A stretch of DNA of 64,000 nucleotides, from the NCBI GenBank assembly GCA_964650255.1, contig CAZYQT010000004.1, forward strand, positions 6,501 to 70,500. Reading direction: 5' to 3'. A model generated the notes under the pieces. That model was not told the DNA's origin. It saw nothing but the letters and a program-made list of their open reading frames with translations, and did not search any database. This document shows positions 20,447 through 29,082 of this stretch, in pieces; positions within the stretch are counted from its first letter, which is position 1; each line of letters opens with the position of its first letter. A program made the translations under genes and the position numbers. Origin of the DNA: an uncultured Candidatus Saccharibacteria bacterium (GTDB lineage Bacteria > Patescibacteriota > Doudnabacteria > UBA920).

Positions 20447-21025
20447 TTAAAACAACACTTCTTGTCTTAATACTCCAACCCGACTAATAGGTTCTTGGCA
20501 ACTAATTTGAACTTCACGAACACTAAAATAATCACGGTATAATACCTTTTGATTTTTTAGTGCGTAGTCATACACTTCTTTTGTGACCCTTACATCATCA
20601 AGACAATATTTCTTTAGGAGATCAATACGCCCATTACGAAAGTACAACAACGCTTCCAACCCATTACCGGATTTGCCGGAACCAATCGTCCCTTGAGCGA
20701 CTGCCTCTAATTTAATCCTATGACCTATTGCGGTTTCAATCTCTTCTAAAAGATCGTATGCTGGCAGTTGAGAGAGATCAAAATTCATATATGGCTGCAA
20801 GACTGGGAAATCAAAATTCTTGATGTTAAAACCAATCACTTGGTCTGCGCTTTGCAGTAACGGTGCCAAACGTGGAAGTTCCTGTTCTTCATAAATAGAA
20901 TACTGATCTTGGCTATAGTCATAGACCCCGCACACGGACACCTTCATAAGGTGGTGCTTGCCACGACCGCCGACTTCTTCAAAAGATTTTTGAGTTTCCA
21001 AATCCAAGACCAGTTTTTTGAGCAT
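20447..21025 (-). CDS. DEDD-type 3'-5' exonuclease, RNase H-like fold (YprB/PolB-exo-like)
   Basis: Exo motif I LVLDLET. Motif II GFNIKNFDFPVL. Motif III YCLDDVRVTKEVY. Confidence 0.5.
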   Translation of the reverse strand: MLKKLVLDLETQKSFEEVGGRGKHHLMKVSVCGVYDYSQDQYSIYEEQELPRLAPLLQSADQVIGFNIKNFDFPVLQPYMNFDLSQLPAYDLLEEIETAIGHRIKLEAVAQGTIGSGKSGNGLEALLYFRNGRIDLLKKYCLDDVRVTKEVYDYALKNQKVLYRDYFSVREVQISCQEPISRVGVLRQEVLF

Positions 21026-21671
21026 TTTTTGTTTTTGTTTCTTTTATTTCTCTAACTTAACTTTATTATAACTTGATCTAGGTACTAAGTGAATTGTGGA
21101 CAACTATTTATGGCTTAAATAAGCCATATTTAATAATTATTAATTTTATTGCAAGGATCTCTTGACAATTGAGAGTTTTTGAAGTAATATATCAGTCCAT
21201 AGTGGCTGATGGTTCGCGATGCCAATTGCGGCCGCAGTTGCTCCGGGGGCAACGGTGTGGGAGACGTTGCCCCTAAAAAATCACAAACAAGATGGAGGTA
21301 AATAAAATCGGAACGCCAATTAGTTTCAAATCGCTTGTCAAGCAACAGCAGATAGGAAAATTGGCGAACCTGAGTCAGGCACGTTTTATGAAGAGCTGCT
21401 AATTTTGCTCCTCATGTGCCTGGCTCTTTCTTTTTGCCTATTTTTATTGCTTCTGCTATAATAACTCTGGCTATGAAGCTTATGACACAGCTGAGCCTAA
21501 CTAAATATATCCCCCACCAGGGATACTAAGGCTTGTCCGGCAACGGCAAAGCGAAGTAAGGTGGCACAGCGCAGCTATCCAAAGATTAAGCGCCCTTACA
21601 AACTACTCAAGTTGGGTATTTTGTAAGGGTTTTTAATTTAAACTTTATTTATCAACATTTTATAAAAATAT
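21026..21671 (+). promoter_or_regulatory. about 650-nt non-coding region upstream of aspS containing a T-box-like motif and terminator hairpin; candidate leader/ncRNA
   Basis: No credible ORF. aaggtggcacagcg at 21557-21570 resembles the T-box consensus AGGGUGGNACCGCG. Hairpin cccttacaa...ttgtaaggg plus T5 at 21594-21634 lies 37 nt before the aspS ATG. Confidence 0.3.
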
Positions 21672-22982
21672 ATGGAAAGAACTTTAATAGCAGATTTAAA
21701 ATCCCAAGCTGGCCAAAAGGTCCGGCTCGAGGGTTGGGTGCAAACAATTCGTACTCAAGGCAGTATTCAATTTATTGTGTTGCGAGATATTTCTGGCACC
21801 GTCCAAGTTGTGGTTTTTGATAAAACTCTTCTCGAACAAACTAAACACCTCTCTTTGGAAAGTGTGGTTGAGATTATCGGTGAGGCTAAAATCGAAGAAA
21901 AAGCATTCTCTGGTGTAGAAGTTGCGGCGGAGCAAGTAAAAGTGCTATCTGCTGCTGAGCCAGAACTACCGATTCCGATTGTGGAAAAAGGCAACATGAA
22001 CGAAGCCGATCGGGAAGTTCGCTTGGACTGGCGTTTCTTGGATTTGCGCAAACCCGAAAAACAACTTATTTACAAAGTTTGGACAGAAATGGAACGCGCG
22101 TTTGTAGATTTTCTGACAGAACGTAGATTTATTGAAATTCACTCTCCGAAGATGATGAGCACTCCTAGCGAAAGCGGCGCCGAACTTTTCGAAGTAAAAT
22201 ACTTTGATCGCAAAGCTTACCTTGCTCAATCCCCTCAGTTTTACAAACAAATGGCCATGGCTGCGGGCTTCGAACGAGTCTTTGAAATTGGGCCAGTGTT
22301 TCGAGCAGAACCATCATTTACCACTCGCCACGCCACTGAATTTCAAGGTTTTGACTTTGAAATGTCATTTATTGATTCCCACAAAGACGTCATGCTAATG
22401 GAGGCTGAAATGCTTGCTTACGCAATCGCCAAAGTGAAGGAAAAGTATGGCGAGCAAATTAAGGAAGCGTTCGACCGCGAAGTTGTTGTTCCAACTACAC
22501 CATTCCCAGAAATTACCTTTGCAGAAGCAAAGAAGATGTTGGCTGAAAAAGGTATTTCATCAGAAAAAGAAAATGATATTAGCCCAGAAGAAGAGCGCGG
22601 AATTTCTGAGTACATTAAGGAAACTCAGAACCATGAATTTGTGTTTATTACAGAATTTCCACATGCTGGCCGGGCTTTCTATCATATGCGCCCAGATGAT
22701 AAGCCAGAATTAACCAAAGGCTTTGACTTGCTATGGAATGGTATTGAAGTCACAACTGGTGCACAGCGCGAACACCGCTACGATATTTTGGTAAAACAAG
22801 CTGAAGAAAAAGGCTTACCACTGGAATCGCTGCAAACATATTTAAACTACTTTAAGTACGGCTGCCCTCCACATGGCGGTATTGGCGCAGGCCCTGAGCG
22901 TATGATTATGAAGCTTTTGGGACTGGAGAGCATCCGCGAGGTTTCTTACTTGTATCGCGGAGTTAAGCGGTTAACCCCTTAA
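21672..22982 (+). CDS. aspS: aspartyl-tRNA synthetase, archaeal/type-2 (possibly non-discriminating)
   Basis: 436 aa. N-terminal OB fold. IHSPKMMSTPSESGAELFEVKYF...AYLAQSPQFYKQ matches type-2 AspRS. Class II motif 2/3 present (FRAE..., GxGxERM). Confidence 0.8.
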   Translation: MERTLIADLKSQAGQKVRLEGWVQTIRTQGSIQFIVLRDISGTVQVVVFDKTLLEQTKHLSLESVVEIIGEAKIEEKAFSGVEVAAEQVKVLSAAEPELPIPIVEKGNMNEADREVRLDWRFLDLRKPEKQLIYKVWTEMERAFVDFLTERRFIEIHSPKMMSTPSESGAELFEVKYFDRKAYLAQSPQFYKQMAMAAGFERVFEIGPVFRAEPSFTTRHATEFQGFDFEMSFIDSHKDVMLMEAEMLAYAIAKVKEKYGEQIKEAFDREVVVPTTPFPEITFAEAKKMLAEKGISSEKENDISPEEERGISEYIKETQNHEFVFITEFPHAGRAFYHMRPDDKPELTKGFDLLWNGIEVTTGAQREHRYDILVKQAEEKGLPLESLQTYLNYFKYGCPPHGGIGAGPERMIMKLLGLESIREVSYLYRGVKRLTP

Positions 22983-23013
22983 GTTTTTTGAACAAAAATT
23001 ATTTAAAAACAAA

Positions 23014-23313
23014 ATGTTTACCCCATTCGACGAAAACAACAAACCAGCGGCCTCTCAAAAATCTGTTTTAAAAAATGTGTTTGTTGTAATTGGTATTCTA
23101 GCCGTATGCTGGTTGTTACTGTTTTTGTCGCCAATTGGTCTATTAGCAGTACTGCTGTTAGTGCCAATACTTTATTTTGGATTACCGATCGCTGTTATTG
23201 GAACAGTAATTTATCTTGTTTATAAACACTCTCAAAGCTCAAAGCAATCTAAAAATATTGTCCAGCCTCAAGACATAAATAGCCAGGATCAAAACAAAAT
23301 TGTCACACGTTAA
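23014..23313 (+). CDS. small membrane protein (2 TM), hypothetical
   Basis: 99 aa with two hydrophobic helices. Overlaps the scpA start. Confidence 0.4.
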   Translation: MFTPFDENNKPAASQKSVLKNVFVVIGILAVCWLLLFLSPIGLLAVLLLVPILYFGLPIAVIGTVIYLVYKHSQSSKQSKNIVQPQDINSQDQNKIVTR

Positions 23314-24142
23314 AATCCAACAATTTGAAGGACCGCTAGATCTTCTGCTATCGCTCATCGAGCAGCAGCAGTTGAACATTACGGAAATTTCTCTGGCCGA
23401 AGTCACAGAGCAGTTTTTGGCGTATGTTAAAGAGTTGGAAAAAATTGATGCCACTCAACTTGCTGACTACTTAGGAATTGCAGCCAAGCTCTTAGTAATA
23501 AAATCCAAGGCGATTTTACCAAGTCTTGAAGTAGAAGCCGTCGAAGAAGAGCAAGAAGAAGATTTGGCCAGCAAGTTGTTGCGCTACAAACAATTTAAAG
23601 AGGCTGCAAAATACTTTAAACAACTTGATGCTCGCGGCCTTCAGAGCTTTACCCGTACCAGAGTTTTCTCCGAACGCATCAATTTTTGGCCAGACCCGGC
23701 CGTGGATGCCCCAGCCTTGCGCCAATCGATTGCCAAAGTCCTCGATTCCTTGCGGGAATTAGACAATCTACCGAAAGCAAAAATCCGAGAAGCTATTTCT
23801 ATTCAAGAAAAAATTCAAGGACTTCAAGCACAGCTGTCTGGACAAATTGAAACAAAGCTCAGCGAGCTTATCGGCAGCGCAAAAAATAAAGAAGAGGTCA
23901 TCATCACTTTTCTAGCATTGCTAGAATTAATTAAACAGCGCATGTTTACTGTATCGCAAAGCGACCTATTCTCAGATGTGACCATCACCAAATTTAAACC
24001 TACTGAGGTTGAGATGGTCGTGGAAGAGATTGCTGTTGCCGACGAAGAGAGTAGCGACGATGAAATAGAAGAAGACAAGGAAGAGGATGACGAAGAAGAC
24101 GACGAAGAAGACGAGGAAGAAGACGAAGATGAAGAACAATAA
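23300..24142 (+). CDS. scpA: segregation and condensation protein A with poly-acidic C-terminal tail
   Basis: ScpA N-terminus (EGPLDLLLSLIEQQQLNITEISLAEVTEQFL). C-terminal DEEDDEEDDEEDEEEDEDEEQ encoded by a GAA/GAC-rich simple repeat. Confidence 0.85.
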   Translation: MSHVKIQQFEGPLDLLLSLIEQQQLNITEISLAEVTEQFLAYVKELEKIDATQLADYLGIAAKLLVIKSKAILPSLEVEAVEEEQEEDLASKLLRYKQFKEAAKYFKQLDARGLQSFTRTRVFSERINFWPDPAVDAPALRQSIAKVLDSLRELDNLPKAKIREAISIQEKIQGLQAQLSGQIETKLSELIGSAKNKEEVIITFLALLELIKQRMFTVSQSDLFSDVTITKFKPTEVEMVVEEIAVADEESSDDEIEEDKEEDDEEDDEEDEEEDEDEEQ

Positions 24143-24157
24143 TGATATAATTTCTTT

Positions 24158-24751
24158 ATGAACGAATTGACCAGCAAAATTGAAAGCCTCTTGTTTGTTT
24201 CCAACAAACCACTAACACTAAAACAACTAGTGAAATTTACGGGAGCTGCAGAACCACAAGTTAGTAAGGCCTTAGAAGAATTAGGTAACATGAGAATAAA
24301 TACCGGCATTGTGCTATTAAATGCAGCCGATGGGTATCAGCTCGCTACGAACAGCGTTAACAGCGAGGCAGTAAAAGATTTTCTCAATGCAGACTTACGC
24401 GAATCCTTAACTGAAGCTACAGTTGAAGTACTGGCTATTATTGCTTACAGACAACCAATTTCTAAAGCAGAAATTGAATCCATTCGTGGGGTTAATTCAC
24501 AATACTCTTTGCGCGCCCTCTTAATGCGAGGCCTTATTGAAAAAATCCCAAATCCTAGTGATGCTCGGGGGTCTTTGTATCAAATTACTACTGAATTTTT
24601 GCAGCAGATGGGCATTACATCTGTTGCCGACCTGCCAGACTTTGCTGAGCTAGTTAGCAAAATCCAGCTTCCTGAAGTTGTTGGCTTAGCCGAGCAGCCT
24701 GTTGAAATGGTTGAGGATGAAGTAACGCATACCGAAGAACCAGCTGAATAA
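24158..24751 (+). CDS. scpB: segregation and condensation protein B
   Basis: ScpB winged-helix pattern (IESLLFVSNKPLTLKQL...GYQLAT...ISKAEIESIRGVNS). Directly downstream of scpA. Confidence 0.85.
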   Translation: MNELTSKIESLLFVSNKPLTLKQLVKFTGAAEPQVSKALEELGNMRINTGIVLLNAADGYQLATNSVNSEAVKDFLNADLRESLTEATVEVLAIIAYRQPISKAEIESIRGVNSQYSLRALLMRGLIEKIPNPSDARGSLYQITTEFLQQMGITSVADLPDFAELVSKIQLPEVVGLAEQPVEMVEDEVTHTEEPAE

Positions 24752-25097
24752 AATTGGAGGGCTGGTTTTCAAAAAGAAAACGCAGCCCAAGTAAATTTTG
24801 AATTGGCGGTGAGAGAAAGCTAGATAGCTTAGTTGCCGACATAATACTCTTAATGCCGTAGGTAGGTTAACATGAAAAGTTTACCAGCCTCTAACAACCT
24901 TACACAAGTAATGTACTAAAACAGCAAGCCGTCTTGCGTTTACTTGCACTATCGGCCAATCCAAAAGACCTTCGTAGGTCATCCCCCTTGTTATTCAACA
25001 CCACCCCTGTCTGGGATAATTGTCAACACCATCATAATACACAAATTTCAAAAATAAATGAAAATCGATTTTAAATCCCGCTCGGGGCAGGATTTAA

Positions 25098-25220
25098 TTA
25101 TTGTGGCAGTTGTTCATAGGATTCTTTTGGCGAGCTTGGCACCTCCCTATCGAGATGTACATTTTCGCACCCAACGGCTAACAGGCTAAAAATAGCGATG
25201 GCAAATAGTATTGGTTTCAT
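25098..25220 (-). CDS. tiny lipoprotein (40 aa), hypothetical
   Basis: Manual translation of the minus strand gives MKPILFAIAIFSLLAVGCENVHLDREVPSSPKESYEQLPQ, a signal peptide plus a lipobox-like LAVGC. Below the ORF-track size cutoff. Confidence 0.3.
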   Translation of the reverse strand: MKPILFAIAIFSLLAVGCENVHLDREVPSSPKESYEQLPQ

Positions 25221-25297
25221 TTGAGTAGCTTATATAAGCAGTATGGCATATTTTGTAGTTTTTTGGTAGAATATACTGGTTAAATATTAAATAATTT

Positions 25298-25372
25298 GGC
25301 GCCATCGTCTAGTGGTTAGGACACATGGTTCTCATCCATGTAACCGGAGTTCGATTCTCCGTGGCGCTACCA
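25298..25372 (+). tRNA. tRNA-Glu (anticodon CUC), CCA encoded
   Basis: Cloverleaf built by hand: acceptor GGCGCCA/TGGCGCT (G1-U72), D-arm GTCT/GGAC, anticodon stem CATGG/CCATG with loop TTCTCAT, T-arm CGGAG-TTCGATT-CTCCG, discriminator A, CCA. Extended -10 (tgGTAGAAT) at 25265-25272. Confidence 0.85.
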
Positions 25373-25377
25373 AAAGA

Positions 25378-25397
25378 AAACCCCAGCTGGGGTTTTC
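25378..25397. terminator. bidirectional terminator shared by tRNA-Glu and the convergent mod-res-kinase operon
   Basis: aaaacccc-agct-ggggtttt hairpin with A/T runs on both sides. Confidence 0.6.
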
Positions 25398-25416
25398 TTT
25401 GATTGCTGTAAATGGA

Positions 25417-25608
25417 TTAGTTGGCTATCTGAATTTGACGAGCCTTTTCAATTATCTTTCTTTGATCTTTATTGGATTTCTTAATTACAACCTCAATAAT
25501 TCGCTTCTTTTTCGTTGAAGATAAGTCATGAGAAAAGACCGAGAACTTACTTTGCTTCAGTTCCTTTTTGGGTTTGATATCAAAAATGTAGCGAATTATT
25601 CTATTCAT
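25417..25608 (-). CDS. small highly basic protein (63 aa), translationally coupled (TAATG) to the upstream zeta-like kinase
   Basis: MNRIIRYIFDIKPKKELKQSKFSVFSHDLSSTKKKRIIEVVIKKSNKDQRKIIEKARQ. Its start codon overlaps the kinase stop. Ends at the shared terminator. Partly overlaps the tRNA 3' region on the opposite strand, so could be spurious. Confidence 0.35.
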   Translation of the reverse strand: MNRIIRYIFDIKPKKELKQSKFSVFSHDLSSTKKKRIIEVVIKKSNKDQRKIIEKARQIQIAN

Positions 25609-26324
25609 TACTTTAGAAGTTCATTTAAATCATCTTCATTATACTGTTCTCGGATGTGGTTGTCAATTTCATCAATATTTAGCTCGGTTTTGCCTATGTC
25701 TCCATTAGCATCTTTGATCACTAAGTTAAGGGTGATTTGCTCTCTAAATTCTTCCTTAATAGCAGAAACGGTTTGCTTAGAAGCAAAATAGGCAGAAATA
25801 AATACAGGTTTAGTAATATTCCTTCCTTCAACTAACTCACGAGCTTTGGTAAACTCCCATGACACACGTGGATCTTGATAAATAAAATAGATTTCAGCAA
25901 TACCTCTTGCCTCTATCACTTTCTTAATATTCTTTCTAGATATACCTTGATTGGCCATGGTTCCATCAAGTACAAAATTCTGTTGATTTTTTAATACCGC
26001 ATGGAAAATTTCATCAACTGCAATACTTACTGCATTTTGAAATAGCCACGCATTTTTACCCTCATAAAATGAAATTTCTTTTCTAATCTCATCTGCGTCA
26101 ATTCTAATAATCCTGCCATTAAACTCTTCAATCAAATTAATAGAAAATTCGGTCTTTCCCGCTCCAGGAGAACCGGCCATAAAAACCGAGGCTGGTTTTA
26201 AGTCAGCCGGGAAATCCTTGGAATCAGCATATTTAGCAATAAGATAATTCTTTTTTGCTCTGATTTCCTTGCTGGCAGCGGAGCTAATTTCTTCATCTGT
26301 CATTTGAGTTTTCTTAATTAGCAA
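25608..26324 (-). CDS. zeta-toxin-family P-loop kinase-like protein
   Basis: Walker A GSPGAGKT around residue 50. IIRIDADEIRKE resembles the zeta IIIDGDSFR catalytic Asp region. VLDGTMAN resembles the zeta LIIEGTLR. Third gene of the mod-res operon. Confidence 0.55.
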   Translation of the reverse strand: MLIKKTQMTDEEISSAASKEIRAKKNYLIAKYADSKDFPADLKPASVFMAGSPGAGKTEFSINLIEEFNGRIIRIDADEIRKEISFYEGKNAWLFQNAVSIAVDEIFHAVLKNQQNFVLDGTMANQGISRKNIKKVIEARGIAEIYFIYQDPRVSWEFTKARELVEGRNITKPVFISAYFASKQTVSAIKEEFREQITLNLVIKDANGDIGKTELNIDEIDNHIREQYNEDDLNELLK

Positions 26325-26395
26325 GATTCAATAATTACACTTTATGACAAATTATGCAAGTGCCTCATTCCAAAACAATAGTTAAATATATAGAA

Positions 26396-29080
26396 TTAGC
26401 GAAGAATTTTTTCATTAAAGGTTGATTCAAAATCATCCCGCAATTCCATATTCCCTTCATTGTAGAAGGGTAAACCAATCAAGCGAAAATCTTCATTTTC
26501 AATTTTTATATCTACACTATATCGGTTTTCTATTTCTAGAAGAAATTTTTCTTTCCAACCTTCCTTGGAATTATTAAACGTATCTTCAGAGTCTAAAAAC
26601 TGGTCTCCTTTGGGTTCAATAAAAATTTGATAAAAATTTTCTTTTTGCGATTTTATCTCTCTTAAAAAGAGAACGAAGTCTGGCGAGAAAGCCTGTCCAT
26701 CAGAAAAATTATAAATCTTAAAAAATTTTTCATTTCGAAATAGGATTATATCTTTAAACTTATTTTTTAACAAACTTATAGAGCTTTCAATAAAACGCAA
26801 TAGAGATTCCTCTTCACTAGTTCCCCAGATTTCATTTTGAGCAAACCAATCATGGGAAGAAAAGTCAAAATCTCGCATTTCTAAAGCTCTTGCACTTTCA
26901 CCGTCCAGGTTTAAGACTTTGTCATTTTCAAATACCTCTCGGATTAAATGTGCCTTAAATTCAGATGTCCCCGAGTATTCTTTTTTCTCCTTGCTTGCGT
27001 TTTCTAAGACCTTTCCAATAACAAACCCTGCAATGCTTAGCTTTTCGCTTTGTGATAACTGGTCCAGCTGTTCAGGGATGCCTTTTACCTTTACCTTGAC
27101 CCCTCCGAGATACTGCTCGTTCAATATAAAATCCTTGACTGATTCTAAATTCCCAAAGATTTTCTTTAGTTCATCAAATCTACCGGTAGTGATTTTTGCC
27201 AAAGCTGTTCGTAAAATATGGGCCTCAAAATCAGTAATTTTAAATTCTCTTATCTCAGTTTTGACTTTAATCCCTTTTCCCTCACCAGTCACAAATAGAT
27301 CCTTTTCTATTGCTTCTCTGGTTGGTAATTGAAAAATGTTCATTTCAGAATGATGGTCGTATCCTGCGTTAGCATCGGCAAGTGTGAAGACGTCGTCTCC
27401 TAGATTTTCTTTTCTAGAATTCAAAAAAATGTAGCCATTCTTCCACAACTCTGTTTCCTTAATCTCGCTTTTAACTTTAATTTCCTTCTCCACGGTTCGG
27501 GAAGATATGATTCCTTCCTTAATTAGTACACTTTCCAATTCTTGTATATAACGCGGATTAGTTACGCTATGATAGTAAAGCTGTTCCAAAATACGTAATT
27601 CATTCTGCGCGTCAGTATCAAACTTTCTTGTATAGGGATCAGTAAATTCGCCAACCGTGAATGGGTAATAGCGCGCACCACGGCCAATCAGCTGAGCCTC
27701 CTGTACTGTAGTTTTACCCGGTTTATTATTGGCAGCATCCCGACTATTATAAAGCCTTACAATATCAAAAAGATTTAAAACGTCCCAGCCTTCATTTAAT
27801 TTTTCAGTCGCAAAAATAGCACGAACTTCATTACTGGATTCTTCTAAGGAGTTAAGTAATATCTGCTTTTGCTCTAAGTCTTTATCATCATCCACCGTTA
27901 AACAGTGTTCAGGTGCAAAGTCATGTTTAATTTCTTCCACTAAATCCTTTAGTGTTATTTTATGCTGATCGAAAAATAGAAAGGCTTTTTGCAAAGTTTC
28001 ATCTTGTATATTTGATTGTTGCTCTAATAATTTTTTATTTAACCCTTCAATGAAGGAATGGAATACTGTTTTGAACTCGCTCGAAACAACTATCTGAGGA
28101 TTGTCATTTGTTCGTTCATCTCTCTGTTTTGGCGAAGTTACTCTATTCGCTTTAAACATAATGACCGGCTTAAGCGCAATCTTATACTTCTCAGCTATTT
28201 TCCGACGATATTGAGAAATAATAACAGCTGAAAGCACGCGTTCCATCATTGGAGCATTAATTTGCAAGGTTCGTACATCTTTTGAAAATCCATCTAAACG
28301 GTACTCTTTAAGATCATAACGATAGATAGCTTTATCCTGGTATTTCTCTAAAATTTCTGGGTATTCTTGCTCTAGCCTAGCGGTTGCTGTGAATTCTAAA
28401 AGTACATTTTCATTTGCACTATTAGCATTCAAAATGCGCATAACCGTATTTTCCCAGTTACTTCGATCTTCTTCTTCAGTTTTGCTTAGTCGGCTATTAG
28501 TCTCAGCTGACAAATTATGCGCTTCATCTGCCATTAAAACAATTTTCTTGTCAGCAAAATCTTCATACGTCAGTACATTTTCGCGTGCTAAAGTAAATCG
28601 AGAATGCAGAAGCGCGGTGGTTGAAAAAATAATATTAATGTCATCATCATTCACCGCTTCGAAGTTTTCTACTTCTTTTATCTTTATTTCCTTAGTCCCT
28701 AAAATAATTTTATCGGCAAATAAATACTTTTGAGAATTAGAATCGGTGAAATTAGTCTTGGTTTTTTGGATGATATTTCCAAGTCTAGTAAAAAAAATAA
28801 AATTACGGAACCCTTGTTCATATAAATACAAAATATTAGCGGCCATTATTAATGTTTTACCTGAACCAGTAGCCATATTAAACATCAAATGAATAGGTTT
28901 TTGTTTTTGATGATAATCCTCGTAATAATAATAGAACCTACCCAATGCTTCTTTTTGATATTCACGCAATGAAAATGCTGGATTAAGATTGTTCAAAATA
29001 TCAATCCTTTCCATTGTCTTGTCCTTAAAAACATCCGCTCCCGCAAAATCTTTGAGAACGTTAAACTTTTCGTACAGCAT
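26396..29080 (-). CDS. res: type III restriction endonuclease Res subunit (SF2 helicase, DEAH)
   Basis: 894 aa. Motif I GSGKT, motif II MADEAH, helicase C-terminal motifs. Immediately downstream of mod. Confidence 0.85.
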   Translation of the reverse strand: MLYEKFNVLKDFAGADVFKDKTMERIDILNNLNPAFSLREYQKEALGRFYYYYEDYHQKQKPIHLMFNMATGSGKTLIMAANILYLYEQGFRNFIFFTRLGNIIQKTKTNFTDSNSQKYLFADKIILGTKEIKIKEVENFEAVNDDDINIIFSTTALLHSRFTLARENVLTYEDFADKKIVLMADEAHNLSAETNSRLSKTEEEDRSNWENTVMRILNANSANENVLLEFTATARLEQEYPEILEKYQDKAIYRYDLKEYRLDGFSKDVRTLQINAPMMERVLSAVIISQYRRKIAEKYKIALKPVIMFKANRVTSPKQRDERTNDNPQIVVSSEFKTVFHSFIEGLNKKLLEQQSNIQDETLQKAFLFFDQHKITLKDLVEEIKHDFAPEHCLTVDDDKDLEQKQILLNSLEESSNEVRAIFATEKLNEGWDVLNLFDIVRLYNSRDAANNKPGKTTVQEAQLIGRGARYYPFTVGEFTDPYTRKFDTDAQNELRILEQLYYHSVTNPRYIQELESVLIKEGIISSRTVEKEIKVKSEIKETELWKNGYIFLNSRKENLGDDVFTLADANAGYDHHSEMNIFQLPTREAIEKDLFVTGEGKGIKVKTEIREFKITDFEAHILRTALAKITTGRFDELKKIFGNLESVKDFILNEQYLGGVKVKVKGIPEQLDQLSQSEKLSIAGFVIGKVLENASKEKKEYSGTSEFKAHLIREVFENDKVLNLDGESARALEMRDFDFSSHDWFAQNEIWGTSEEESLLRFIESSISLLKNKFKDIILFRNEKFFKIYNFSDGQAFSPDFVLFLREIKSQKENFYQIFIEPKGDQFLDSEDTFNNSKEGWKEKFLLEIENRYSVDIKIENEDFRLIGLPFYNEGNMELRDDFESTFNEKILR

Positions 29081-29082
29081 AT

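Noticed and set aside
21130-21345. 71-aa ORF in the aspS upstream region
   Set aside because: No RBS. Lies in a region better explained as structured non-coding RNA/leader. Composition not coding-like.
23824-24309. 161-aa minus-strand ORF with long poly-Ser run
   Set aside because: It is the antisense reading of the GAA/GAC repeat encoding the ScpA acidic tail and lies entirely inside scpA/scpB. Low-complexity artefact.
25312-25518. 68-aa plus-strand ORF
   Set aside because: Starts inside tRNA-Glu and runs through its terminator. Spurious.
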